Assembly: GCA_008690995.1 (NCBI GenBank)
Contig: VRMN01000001.1
Span: 2,914,001 to 2,978,000 of the forward strand
Direction: 5' to 3'
From: Porphyridium purpureum
Lineage: Eukaryota
DNA length: 64,000 nt
The notes under the pieces were generated by a model. That model was not told the origin of the DNA, did not search any database, and saw only the letters and a list, made by a program, of their open reading frames with translations. Positions 53,053 to 62,947 of the stretch are shown here, one piece after another (the stretch's first letter is position 1; every line of letters starts with the position of its first letter). A program made the translations under genes and the position numbers.

Positions 53053-53994
53053 ATGATGATGGCGACGGCTTTGATGGAGCTGACTGTGGGGCAGGTGGCA
53101 AAGGCGCTGCCCGAGCACCCCAAGCTGCACGCCGTGTCGATCGAGGCGACTGTCGACTCGGCGTTCGAGTACATGGACCACGAAGGCATCACCGTCGCGC
53201 CCGTGCTGGATAATGGCACGTACCCGTACTTGCTGTCTGTCGTGGACTTGGTCGACTATGTCATGCTGCGCAACTTGGACGCCACCAAGACAGGCACCGC
53301 GTCGCTCACCGCCGCCGAACTGCAGCCGGAGAACGTGCCCGGGCTGAAGGATACGCTCGAAAAGGTGATCGAAGGCCGCGACGCATCGTACTTTGAGCTG
53401 CCATCCGTCGAGGAAGCCGCGCCGTTCTGGAAACTGCTCTGCATCCTAGCCGAGGGCAGGCACAAGGTGCTCGTCAAAGGCGACCCGCAGGGCAAATACG
53501 CCGGCCGTCCGTACCTGTTCAGCCAGCATGACGCGATCTCCTACTTGAACGAAAATCCGGCGCTTTTGCCAGAGGCATTGCGCGCTTCCACGGCTGAGGC
53601 GATGGGCTACTCGCCGCGTCCCATCTACAAGGCAAAGAAGGACATGCGCGTCGTGGAGCTCATCAGAGAGCTCGTGCGCATGGACATTACTGCTGTTCCG
53701 CTGGTAGACGATACTGATCGCGTCATTGGCAACTTTAGCACCTCTGATCTCAAGGGGATGGACGACGTGATGTTGCAGGACCTTGTGCTGCCTGTGGTCA
53801 CTTTCCTCAAAGAGGAGAACGCGCGTGGCGCCGGCCACCCCATTGTCGTGCATGAGGATGCCGATCTGGGCGAAATCATAGTTCTACTTGCATACTCGGG
53901 CGCTCATCGAGTGTGGATCGTCGACAAGGACAACAAGGCCGTGGGTGTGTGCGCCATGACCGACATTATTAGCTCGATCATTACAACCGCCTGA
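53053..53994 (+). CDS. Four-CBS-domain protein (SNF4/AMPK-gamma/SDS23-like)
   Basis: ITVAPVLD, LSVVDLV, SQHDAI, ITAVPLVD...IGNFSTSDL and HRVWIVD...VGVCAMTDII. Confidence 0.88.
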   Translation: MMMATALMELTVGQVAKALPEHPKLHAVSIEATVDSAFEYMDHEGITVAPVLDNGTYPYLLSVVDLVDYVMLRNLDATKTGTASLTAAELQPENVPGLKDTLEKVIEGRDASYFELPSVEEAAPFWKLLCILAEGRHKVLVKGDPQGKYAGRPYLFSQHDAISYLNENPALLPEALRASTAEAMGYSPRPIYKAKKDMRVVELIRELVRMDITAVPLVDDTDRVIGNFSTSDLKGMDDVMLQDLVLPVVTFLKEENARGAGHPIVVHEDADLGEIIVLLAYSGAHRVWIVDKDNKAVGVCAMTDIISSIITTA

Positions 53995-54183
53995 TCGTTG
54001 AGCGCTGAGAGCAAGGGCCTGCTGGCCGACTCTGGCGCATTTCCTGGGCACTATGGGTAGCGTCTGTGAGTTGGTGGTGGAAAAAGGCAGCGCGTAATCT
54101 GGAAGCGCCGAAATACCCGCGGTTATTACAATTTTAAGGGAGTTCGCGTACTGCGTAGACCTAAAAAAACCGTAGTGTCAGTG

Positions 54184-54867
54184 ATGTTCATTCCGCACGC
54201 ATTGCTGCGGTTTTCTTTCTCGTCGCGCGGTCTTCTCGAAAGCACCCGCGTCGTGCGAGCACGCCCTCGGACTCGACTTGTTTGTTGCGCCTTGTCGAAA
54301 CGGCGGTGGGTGCAGATCCAAATTGTGCCGCATTTCGATCCGGTGTCGCGAGGAACGCCACCCTGCTGGTATGACACTTTAGCTGTCGATGCGTCTACGG
54401 AGGTCTCAGTGTTGCGTGGGCTGCCTTACCTGTACGATAGCAACTCCAAACGATGGGAACGGGTTTGGCTCGAAGAGCTCAAGCAGCACTTGTCGTTTGG
54501 CACCGACAAGACGATTATCATCGCACATGGCTCTGGTGCCGATGCGCTGCTGCGGCTGTTGGAAGAGGAAGCAATTGGCGCCGACGTGCGCGTGGGCGTT
54601 GTTCTGATTGCGCCAACGACAAGGCTGTATCACGCGGGTGAGCGCCATCCACGCAGTTATCGGGTCATGCGCATCGCAAAGAACGTTGGGCGGAACAAAT
54701 TCTTTATCGTGTACAGCGATAATGATCCGTTCGCCTCCCAGACTGAATGCGAAGCGCTCTGCGAAGATCTGTATTCGTGCGCCAAACCCGTCATGCTTGG
54801 TGGCCGAGGGAGATTCATGCAGAGCGAATTCATCGAACTACGTGATCTAGTACATAAGCTCTTCTGA
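54184..54867 (+). CDS. RBBP9/YdeN-like alpha/beta hydrolase, apparently lacking catalytic Ser and His
   Basis: CWY, W...L, TIIIAHGSGA, YSDNDPF and GRGRFMQSEFIEL align with the RBBP9 family; organelle transit-like N-terminus. Confidence 0.8.
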   Translation: MFIPHALLRFSFSSRGLLESTRVVRARPRTRLVCCALSKRRWVQIQIVPHFDPVSRGTPPCWYDTLAVDASTEVSVLRGLPYLYDSNSKRWERVWLEELKQHLSFGTDKTIIIAHGSGADALLRLLEEEAIGADVRVGVVLIAPTTRLYHAGERHPRSYRVMRIAKNVGRNKFFIVYSDNDPFASQTECEALCEDLYSCAKPVMLGGRGRFMQSEFIELRDLVHKLF

Positions 54868-54902
54868 ACACTTTATAGACATTCTCGTCTCTCCTTCCCC
54901 CT

Positions 54903-57566
54903 CTACTGAATAACATCCAGGCGATTCAACACATCAGCTGAACGCTGCACCACATCCGCAACCAATGCTACTTCCTCCGCAGCCAATGTGGCGTTCGACC
55001 GATCACCTTGCAAAAAATACCTGATCCCAGGAAAGATTTCTGTGCCGTAATCAGTGGCAAAGTTGGGCGCGCAAATCGCGTGCTTGAACCACGGCCGCCC
55101 AGGAAGGCCGCGCGCAACAAGAAGCTCGCGCTCAGCAAGCAGAATGCGGTCGTTTAGCTCCCGTACAAAAAGGGGGGACTCGACCGAACTGGATCCCGCT
55201 GAAAGAGTTAAATCGTGGAAGGCAGGCTCAGCGTCGCCAAAATTCTTGACGCTCGCTCCAAGCCTCTTCATCTCTGCTTTCAAAACGCTGCTCTCCAGGA
55301 AAATTGAGCCAGCGGCTGCAATCTCCATCTCTAATTCCTGAAGCTCTTTCGACAGGAAGTGAGCGTAGCTCTTGATGCCTAGTGGTACGACGCGATCTTC
55401 TGCAATCCTCAGCATGAGCATACCGACTACCTTAGCCATGGCCTCATGGTATTCAAATGTCGGGTCCATCACATTCGCCTGGTAGCTATAGCTGTCGTAC
55501 AGCGAATGGTACACGCCGTGCGAGCCTTCGAAACCCAGCGAGATAGAGCTGACACCAAGCCGATGTTGAAACACCACCTGATCTGAGCCACCACCCAAGC
55601 TTGGTAGATACCCACGCAACTTGACAAACTTTTCGTACGACGGCCACTTGTCCTGCACAGTGTTTCCCCCAAACGTACTTCCTGAACTACCAACTTTGAC
55701 GTCTTTGACGATCTCCTTGACAAGTTCCGTGAATATGGGGCTACCCTGAACCGAGAACTCGTGTCCAGCTACCGCTGTGTCCAAATTCAAGTAGGCGACG
55801 ACACTAGCGCTAATGGTGGAGGCATGCATCTCGCCGTGCTCCGTTGATCCCAGCAAATTATATTCCTCGCCGTCCCAAGCTGCAAAGACCAACGAGCGGC
55901 GCGGACGCCAGCTCGGATGAAGCTCCCGAAAGCGGCCGAGTGCTCGCAGTATTTGCAATACTGTAGCTGTCCCGGACGTAGGGTCGCCGCCACCAAAGAC
56001 CCATGCGTCGTGGTGGTTACCCAGCCAAACAGCTCGGTCGGGCTCGATGCGTCCATGCACGGTGCCGAGCACATTGTACATTGGCGCGAGCACGTACTCA
56101 TTCTGAACCTCTAGAGAGACTCTGATCTGAGAGGGCCCTACTCTGTAAGTGACGCCGTAAGATGAATCAGTGAGACCACCGACAAAGGACTTACTTGGAG
56201 CAGGCTTCGACGCCTCCGCGCTGTCTAGAGCACGCAAAATAGGCAGCGCGTTTTTCCACGATATTGGGGCCGACGGAATACTGGGCGTGCACTTGCCCAC
56301 AATCTCGCTGTAAGGGACCCGCGGTGCGCCATGCACGGATGGACCATCAGGCGTGCTTGGATCTCCTGCGCATTGCGAAGCGTACAAGACTGAGCCGCGC
56401 TGAACTGACGAGTCGGGTCGCCAAGGGCCCTTTGGGTACACGTCGCCCCGCACAAAGCCATCATCTGCGGGGTCCGAGTAAAGCAGCACGCCTGCTGCTC
56501 CGGCGCGTTCAGCATTTTGTACTTTCAGCCCCCGAAAGAGTTTGCCGTACCGCATCAACACAATCTTTCCCTTTACGCTGACCTTGGCCTTCTCCTTGAG
56601 CAGCCGAAAGTCTTCCTCAAAGCCGTAGTTGGCATACACAACTTGTGCTTCCACCTTCCCAGCGGCAGCATATCCGTGAAATGCCGGCGCTGATAATTCG
56701 TCTTCCAGTTGTGAGGTTGCATCTGAATCAATCGTGCCTTCAGCGAGGTCAAGCTTCACTAGTGTTCCGTTTTCCAAGCGAAGCTCAATAATCGTGTTGA
56801 TGGGCCGAGTGATTCCGCAATCGAAACTTTCCATAACTACGCTATCCAAAGCGCCTGTGCTTTCCCACAGCTCTCTGATGTACTCGGCGTGTCGCTTTGA
56901 ATTATTTGTGCCGGCCATGTGCTCCCTTGAAGTCATACTCTTCAGATCCACGTCTATTTCTTCACTTCGAATGAACTTGCCAAACAGGCTCGAAACGTCG
57001 ATGGACGAGTCTGTGCGGTGTTGAAGTGACGACAGGTATGTCACAACCACAGCCGTCATGAGCATGGCGGTCAGCAAGATTAGAATGAAACGTCCGATCA
57101 GCGTGTGCTGCTCTGACTTTGTTGCGTCCTCAGAAGACACAGCTTCTACGAAATCCTGGCGCCGCTTCTGAAGAGCATGTAAAGAACGACTCGCAACGGA
57201 TGACGCCCACTGCAGCCGTGTCTTCTTTTTCCTTTTCTTATGATGCCGTACTGCGTCTGCGCCTTCCGAACCATCTAGCAGCAAGGCTGCGCGGCTATCA
57301 CCATACGAGCTCTCACTTCCCGAACTGCTGTTGTCGCTGTGTTCTCCTGTCGCATTATCCTGGCCATCATCTCCGCGCACTTGAGAAATTTCCTCATCCT
57401 CGGCCTCTGGCGCGGACCGGCTGCCGCCTTGCATCCGCATCTGACTATACTCGTACGCATGCGCGCCGCCATCTTGATTACCCGCAGCCTCGTTCTCCAT
57501 CCTGTGTGGCTGCGACGCGGTTCCAGATGCACCAGGCGTGCCCACAAGCGTGTCGCGGCCGTCCAT
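54903..57566 (-). CDS. Glutamate carboxypeptidase II / M28B peptidase (type II membrane; PA and TfR-dimer domains)
   Basis: HMAGT, VYANYG..EDF, RYGKLFRGLKV, YSDPADDG, VQRGS, GNHHDAWVFGGGDPTSG, WDGEEYNLLGSTE, YLNLD, YHSLYD and GLPGRPWFKH. Confidence 0.95.
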   Translation of the reverse strand: MDGRDTLVGTPGASGTASQPHRMENEAAGNQDGGAHAYEYSQMRMQGGSRSAPEAEDEEISQVRGDDGQDNATGEHSDNSSSGSESSYGDSRAALLLDGSEGADAVRHHKKRKKKTRLQWASSVASRSLHALQKRRQDFVEAVSSEDATKSEQHTLIGRFILILLTAMLMTAVVVTYLSSLQHRTDSSIDVSSLFGKFIRSEEIDVDLKSMTSREHMAGTNNSKRHAEYIRELWESTGALDSVVMESFDCGITRPINTIIELRLENGTLVKLDLAEGTIDSDATSQLEDELSAPAFHGYAAAGKVEAQVVYANYGFEEDFRLLKEKAKVSVKGKIVLMRYGKLFRGLKVQNAERAGAAGVLLYSDPADDGFVRGDVYPKGPWRPDSSVQRGSVLYASQCAGDPSTPDGPSVHGAPRVPYSEIVGKCTPSIPSAPISWKNALPILRALDSAEASKPAPSKSFVGGLTDSSYGVTYRVGPSQIRVSLEVQNEYVLAPMYNVLGTVHGRIEPDRAVWLGNHHDAWVFGGGDPTSGTATVLQILRALGRFRELHPSWRPRRSLVFAAWDGEEYNLLGSTEHGEMHASTISASVVAYLNLDTAVAGHEFSVQGSPIFTELVKEIVKDVKVGSSGSTFGGNTVQDKWPSYEKFVKLRGYLPSLGGGSDQVVFQHRLGVSSISLGFEGSHGVYHSLYDSYSYQANVMDPTFEYHEAMAKVVGMLMLRIAEDRVVPLGIKSYAHFLSKELQELEMEIAAAGSIFLESSVLKAEMKRLGASVKNFGDAEPAFHDLTLSAGSSSVESPLFVRELNDRILLAERELLVARGLPGRPWFKHAICAPNFATDYGTEIFPGIRYFLQGDRSNATLAAEEVALVADVVQRSADVLNRLDVIQ

Positions 57567-59015
57567 ATCGTGATGCACGTGAGAAAGAACGCGAACGCAA
57601 TCTTCGCCAGCGCCCGCAGTCAGTAGACGCCGCTCATTCGCTGCGCGGCTGCCAAACGGTTCAAACGGTCCACGCCAACACAAAACACAAGCAGCACAAG
57701 AATGTTGTTTTACCTCGAACGGGCTGCGACTGGTGGGAAACACAAGAGCACCGGCAGAATCCAGGGCGTCGTATGCCTCCGCACAGATGCGCACTCCTGC
57801 TGGTGTGGGCGGCTAGGCTTTAAATTGCAGAATGATGGAATGTAGGCCATCTCGGGATCAGGGTGTCCGCACACTTGCGCGGCTACGGCCTAGTCCACTG
57901 TTACGTGCTTTCTTTAGACCTTTGACATGGCATTCAGCGAATGTAAGACACTGCAAGCGGACAGAAAAGGCTGGGGTCTTTGCAAGTGTCCGAGACGACT
58001 CCAATCGAGGCCTCATCAGAGGACATTGTCGAACGAGACTGCATGTGTCTTGTCAGCTCCTGAGGCTCATTCTGTTTGCGGGTTGCTCAACTGAAGGCTT
58101 CCCTTAGTCCGTGTGCAAAGTCCAACAGCACGTTGCTTATGCAAGAACTATGGTCGCTTATTCAGTTGCCAACGTCGCAGTCTTGCCTAGGCTTCGAACG
58201 CGGTACGCGCGACCGGGTCGCCTAGCTTACTGGCCTGCACATGCACTGATACGCCTGCCAATTGTTCAGTGCACATAAGTCCACGCAACTTGGCACGTGC
58301 CTCTTCAAACCCTTTTGGCGTCGCTCTTACTGCCCGCCACCCCAAATGACAGCATTGACGTCTCTGGCAAAAATGCCGCGAATGAAGAAGCATGAACGGA
58401 TAGCCACCCAAGTCCAGCATTTCGAGCTGTGCTGATCCTTGCTCAACATCATCAACCTGATTGTGCTTTGTTTTGAATGAACGTCTCCGGACAATCAGAA
58501 AATCCTGCCTTGCAGCGGTCTTTCCGGCTCTGTCTCACCCCAACAGTAACACTCGCATGCGTGTTATTCTCCTTTCGTACCGCTGGACCACACCAACGTT
58601 TCTGATTCGACATCCGAGATTGGCACGAAATTTTCGCTGTGAGACTGAATGCTGAGCTAGCTCAGTCCTTCGATGGACTGGACCAAGAAGTTCGTTCACA
58701 AGCACTCATTCAGACCTCAGCGTGCGTTGTGCCGGCACAGTGTGCGACAATTTGAAGTGACGGGCGCAGAAAGATACCGCTGAAATAAGGCATGGTCGCG
58801 GCGAATGAGATGTAAGGGACGCACTAGCAGGCGCTGGCTCTTGACCCACTTTTCATAGAGGCAGGCCTGAACCAGACTAGCTGGTGCCAAACCAGACTCA
58901 TAAATGAACGAAAACCCCACACTAATAATGAAATCTGCACTGCTCACATACAAAGGACGAGCAGTTCTAGCGTCAGCGCCTTCGCGCCTTGTGCGTCGGC
59001 CATGCTGTGCAATAA

Positions 59016-60629
59016 TTAATCCCAGGGAAAGGATTGGCGCGGCGAGTTCACGTCGGAGGCACGCCTCGAAGACTTATCTTGTCTATCGCCAAATGCAAAA
59101 TTGGTCGGTGAACTTGGTGAACGGCCGCTGGAAGAACCGGTAGAAGAGGTGGTCTCGAGAATGATTCGCGGGAAGGAAAAGTCGCAGCCACTCGCCGAAA
59201 TACGCTGTGCGATGGCAATTAAAAGCGCGGAAGATACCGGCGCAACATCTCTGTGCGTCTTTGCGTGCAGCCACGCGCTGAAGCGTAGCACGATGCCACT
59301 GGATGTCAGCTGCTCGGTTTCCACCATGGGCTTATACTCGGTCGAGTTGACCCGCGCATCGGAAGCCAAAAGGGATTCAATTTCGTCAAGTAGAGCCTGG
59401 ACTCTTGACAGGTCGCTGTAACGCACATGCACCGTCTCGCTAAAGTAGCCGGCATGGCGAAGGCTCACATTGATCACCTTGCTTCCATAGAGCTGCGAAT
59501 TCGGGACGACAACCTCGTTGGAGTCCCACATGCGCCCAATGGTATGCATCCAGCCAATCTTTTCAACCTGAATTCGTCCTTTGCTTTCGAATCCTGGGAT
59601 GAGGATTGAGTCGTGCTCCAGAAATGGCTTGAAAATGGAAATCATGATCCCAGCATACAGATCCTTAAGGACCTCGCGCAACGCAAACGTGACTGCCAGC
59701 GTCGAAATTCCACCAAACGTCGTCAAGGCCTTTACGGGCACGCCAATGATCGCTGCAGCGGAGCACAGCGCCGCAAGAACCATGGCCACGGAAAGCCCCT
59801 TGCTCAGAAGCACGTACTCACCCCGCTCGTCACGTTTGCGCATCTTGTTTTCTCTTGTTGTCGCCTTGTCTGTGTTGACGCAAAATTCAAAATACACACC
59901 TTTGATCCAGTCTAGAGTTATCGTGCATAGCACGACAATTGCCAATCGCCGCATCGTTGTAGGGCTAAGCGTGGCGAGGATCGAAACTGTCCCACCCCGC
60001 GATGAATTCATCCATTTCATCAGGTCGTACGCCACAAGCACGCAGAATACCCAGCCTAAACTGCGCAGAGGGTACATGACCTCGGCGAACGCGGCATTGA
60101 ATTCAAGCTCTTGATCAACAAGTCGTAGCACCTTCAAAACCAAAATCAGAAGAACCGATACCGGTTCCAACGCCAGGTAAAACAAAGCCATCCCTGCGAC
60201 GTCCGCGAGCGAAAGCTGGCCATCCCCGAATGGAAGCCAGTACGCGCTCATTGCTGCAGGATTGACCAAAACGTGATGATACGTCGAGGTCACCATTACC
60301 GCGAGGCCAAAGAGCACGAGTTGAAGCAGCAGCCTCTTTCTCTGGCCTTTGCTCATGAAAAGTCTACTTTTCAAAAGTGCCCAACCGCCTCGCAGCACAC
60401 GTGCGATGTGCAGCGACCCGGTCTTTCCCTCTCTCACTGGAACGATGGCCTCGCCATTGGAAGACTGCTTTTCACACGCCCTTTCCACCAACGATGTGTG
60501 CGGACGGACTCTTTTCCGGGCCCATTGCGCAACGATGACCGAATTGGGCGACGGCGCCGCGCGTCCTTTCTTTCGGTATGCAATCTGTGTGCGGTGCCAT
60601 GGAACGCCGGCAAATGCGAGCGACGTCAT
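59016..60629 (-). CDS. MscS-family mechanosensitive channel, organelle-targeted
   Basis: LTTFGGISTLAVTFA, PFLEHDSI, VEKIGWMHT and VPNSQL....INVS. The start MTSLAFAG is transit-like; the longer ORF-track start overlaps eL41 antisense. Confidence 0.9.
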   Translation of the reverse strand: MTSLAFAGVPWHRTQIAYRKKGRAAPSPNSVIVAQWARKRVRPHTSLVERACEKQSSNGEAIVPVREGKTGSLHIARVLRGGWALLKSRLFMSKGQRKRLLLQLVLFGLAVMVTSTYHHVLVNPAAMSAYWLPFGDGQLSLADVAGMALFYLALEPVSVLLILVLKVLRLVDQELEFNAAFAEVMYPLRSLGWVFCVLVAYDLMKWMNSSRGGTVSILATLSPTTMRRLAIVVLCTITLDWIKGVYFEFCVNTDKATTRENKMRKRDERGEYVLLSKGLSVAMVLAALCSAAAIIGVPVKALTTFGGISTLAVTFALREVLKDLYAGIMISIFKPFLEHDSILIPGFESKGRIQVEKIGWMHTIGRMWDSNEVVVPNSQLYGSKVINVSLRHAGYFSETVHVRYSDLSRVQALLDEIESLLASDARVNSTEYKPMVETEQLTSSGIVLRFSAWLHAKTHRDVAPVSSALLIAIAQRISASGCDFSFPRIILETTSSTGSSSGRSPSSPTNFAFGDRQDKSSRRASDVNSPRQSFPWD

Positions 60630-61132
60630 TGCGCAATCTTTCTGTCCACTTGGAGTGCCGCCGCGGGGCGTCCCACACCGACTTGAGATTTCAAGTTTGA
60701 CGCTTGAAAAGAATGAGTGTCGTCGCTCGTGGCACAGACACGCGTTGGTCGTTTCTCTGTGAGGCAAATGACGAACGCTTTCATCCGCCTTCTGCGTCCG
60801 CAGGAACACATGCAGCAGTGAGGAGTTTTCGTTTGTTGTCAACTGGTTTCGCGCCACTTCAACGTATCGAAGTGAAAAAAACCAAAACACGACATTAAAA
60901 ATTGAGATAAACCCTTGAAATAACCTGACGGCTCGGTTAGAAAGAGGGTCATCTGTGGCGTACTGAAAATCGGCGGCGGGGTCACGAATGGTAAAATGAT
61001 GCTGTTTGAATAGAAACCAGGATTTAGTATAAAAGCTTGGGCGCTGTACTTTGGAGCGGGAGGGAGAAGGAAGGCGGCGCGAGTGGGGTGCGTGAAGGGG
61101 AGAGGTTCGGACAGTGGTGTCGGGGTCCAAAG

Positions 61133-61210
61133 ATGAGGGCAAAGTGGAAGAAAAAGCGCATGCGACGCTTGAAGCGAAAGAGGAGGCGAATGCGCGCCAA
61201 GTCGAAATAA
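61133..61210 (+). CDS. RPL41: Ribosomal protein eL41 (eS32), 25 aa
   Basis: Translates as MRAKWKKKRMRRLKRKRRRMRAKSK*, the canonical eL41 pattern; below the ORF-track size cut-off. Confidence 0.98.
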   Translation: MRAKWKKKRMRRLKRKRRRMRAKSK

Positions 61211-61545
61211 GTGACGGCGGCGGCGGGCGGTCTACACGGGAGCCTCCGGCCGACATCCTTGCGTGTCGGGGTCAAACAAGGAAAACGGCGCGTCGTATTG
61301 AGTGACGGGGTTGACATGAATGGAGCGTCGGATCCGTGAGAGGATCTCGCTGCCATGTCAGAGGCTGGGGATCAGGCAACGCGGGTGTAGCGGCCTGATT
61401 AAGTAGCAGGATAAGGAACTCGAGATGATCTCTTGACACGAGTGATCTTCGAGTGTTCCAGGACCGAGACTTGGTGGAGTCTGACGGAAGTTTGGGGTTT
61501 ACTGAAGCCCGAAGAGTCTTCCATGTCGCGGTTGGGTAGAATAAA
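61211..61545 (+). other. Structured 3' UTR (or adjacent ncRNA) of eL41, ending at AATAAA
   Basis: At least six consecutive inverted repeats (see findings); AATAAA at 61540-61545. Confidence 0.55.
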
Positions 61546-61695
61546 TTTCATTTGCTTAGAATCGCTTGTCAATAAGCTTGACGTTCTGCGGAATCAGCAG
61601 ACGAGCACACGACTGCGCCCGTCCGAGCGCCAATCACACAGCCACACAGCACCGATCGGCGATATATGTTTCTTCCCGTCCGCCACGCTACGCGC

Positions 61696-62493
61696 TCACT
61701 TGAGTTTGTTGGATGCGCTCGCATCCAAATCAAAGTCCTCGTTCGTGCCTGAATCAAGATCGAATTCCTCGTCGCTGGCGTCCTCATCATCAGAGTCCGC
61801 CTCGAGATCGTCAAAGTTTGTGGTGGCAGCGACCAGCTCCCGCTTCTTGGCCAATTCGTCCAAAATTGAAACCGTCCGGAAAGCGCCGCCGGCCCCAGAC
61901 TCCTTAAAGTACAAGTCGGGCATGATCTTCATGTGCGTCATACGCTGCGCCATCTCGTAGCGTAGCGTACGGCGGTTCCCGTTGAGCCACTTGAGCACGC
62001 GAGACATGTCGGCCTGCGCCATGCTTACCTCAATGCGCGCATTGCGAAGGTCTGGTGACACGTTCACGTCCATGACACTGAGCATGAGTGTTGACCAAGA
62101 CGGCAAGCCGTGAAACCTAGCATGCGTGGTATACTGGTCTCTCAGAACCATACTGATTTCTCTCTTAATCATCTCTGCTACTCGGTTGGGCCGCCGCCGC
62201 TCCATTGATGTGTCGACCCCTCTCATACCGGAGCCGCGCGTCGAGCCAGAGCCACCACCTCTGCGCGCCGACGAAGACGACCGCCTCGACGCCTCTCCTC
62301 CAGCTCCATTTCCACGCTTCGACGCGGCCATGCGCAGCGCTCCTGCTGCTGCGGGAGCGCTGACGGCACGTCGCGAGACGAATATCTCGTGCACTTCACA
62401 CACGAATTGCGCGTGTTTTGCGACGCGCGGCTGCTGCGTCCTGTGCGAGAACCATGGCGCCACTTGCGCCCCACCCTGTGTCACAAACGCCAT
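61696..62493 (-). CDS. rbfA: Plastid ribosome-binding factor A
   Basis: MAFV transit peptide; RRPNRVAEMIKREIS, VNVSPDLRNARI and MPDLYFKE; acidic tail. Confidence 0.93.
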   Translation of the reverse strand: MAFVTQGGAQVAPWFSHRTQQPRVAKHAQFVCEVHEIFVSRRAVSAPAAAGALRMAASKRGNGAGGEASRRSSSSARRGGGSGSTRGSGMRGVDTSMERRRPNRVAEMIKREISMVLRDQYTTHARFHGLPSWSTLMLSVMDVNVSPDLRNARIEVSMAQADMSRVLKWLNGNRRTLRYEMAQRMTHMKIMPDLYFKESGAGGAFRTVSILDELAKKRELVAATTNFDDLEADSDDEDASDEEFDLDSGTNEDFDLDASASNKLK

Positions 62494-62947
62494 GCCTGGC
62501 ACTGCACGAAGATAGAATACAAAGGCAATGCGACGCAATGCTGCGCAACTCGTCACGCACAACGCACACCCGCCGCTTGTCTGTGCCAAGCGCACGCCCT
62601 CAGCCTCGCTTCACGGCGTGTTCGGCCGCGCGCACTTCAAACCGGTCAGAGCTACATGTAAGTCACTGTACTATAAGTACACTGGCGGCGATGGGTTGTG
62701 ACATGACAAAGGAACCAGGCACGACTTCGGTGCGACTCGTACGTGCGGCGCTGGCGTTGTGACCCGCTGTTTGCGAACGCAGAGGCTACTGCGGCGAGCA
62801 GCTCTTCTCAAGCTCTACTTGGTGTCGACCCACGTGTCTGGAAATTGCGTAACACGCCCGCCACATGCTGGCAGACTGACTTGGTGGTGTGGGTCTTGCT
62901 CTGGCTTCTTGTGCAACAAAAGGGAACCGAGGCTGAGATACGAAACC

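Noticed and set aside
59016..61256. 746-aa MscS ORF as given in the ORF track
   Set aside because: The first 209 codons are non-homologous-looking and overlap eL41 antisense; a transit-like start exists at 60629.
61421..61450. ATGA...TGAT hairpin as a SECIS element
   Set aside because: The upper helix is far too short, there is no apical AA motif, and eL41 has no in-frame TGA.
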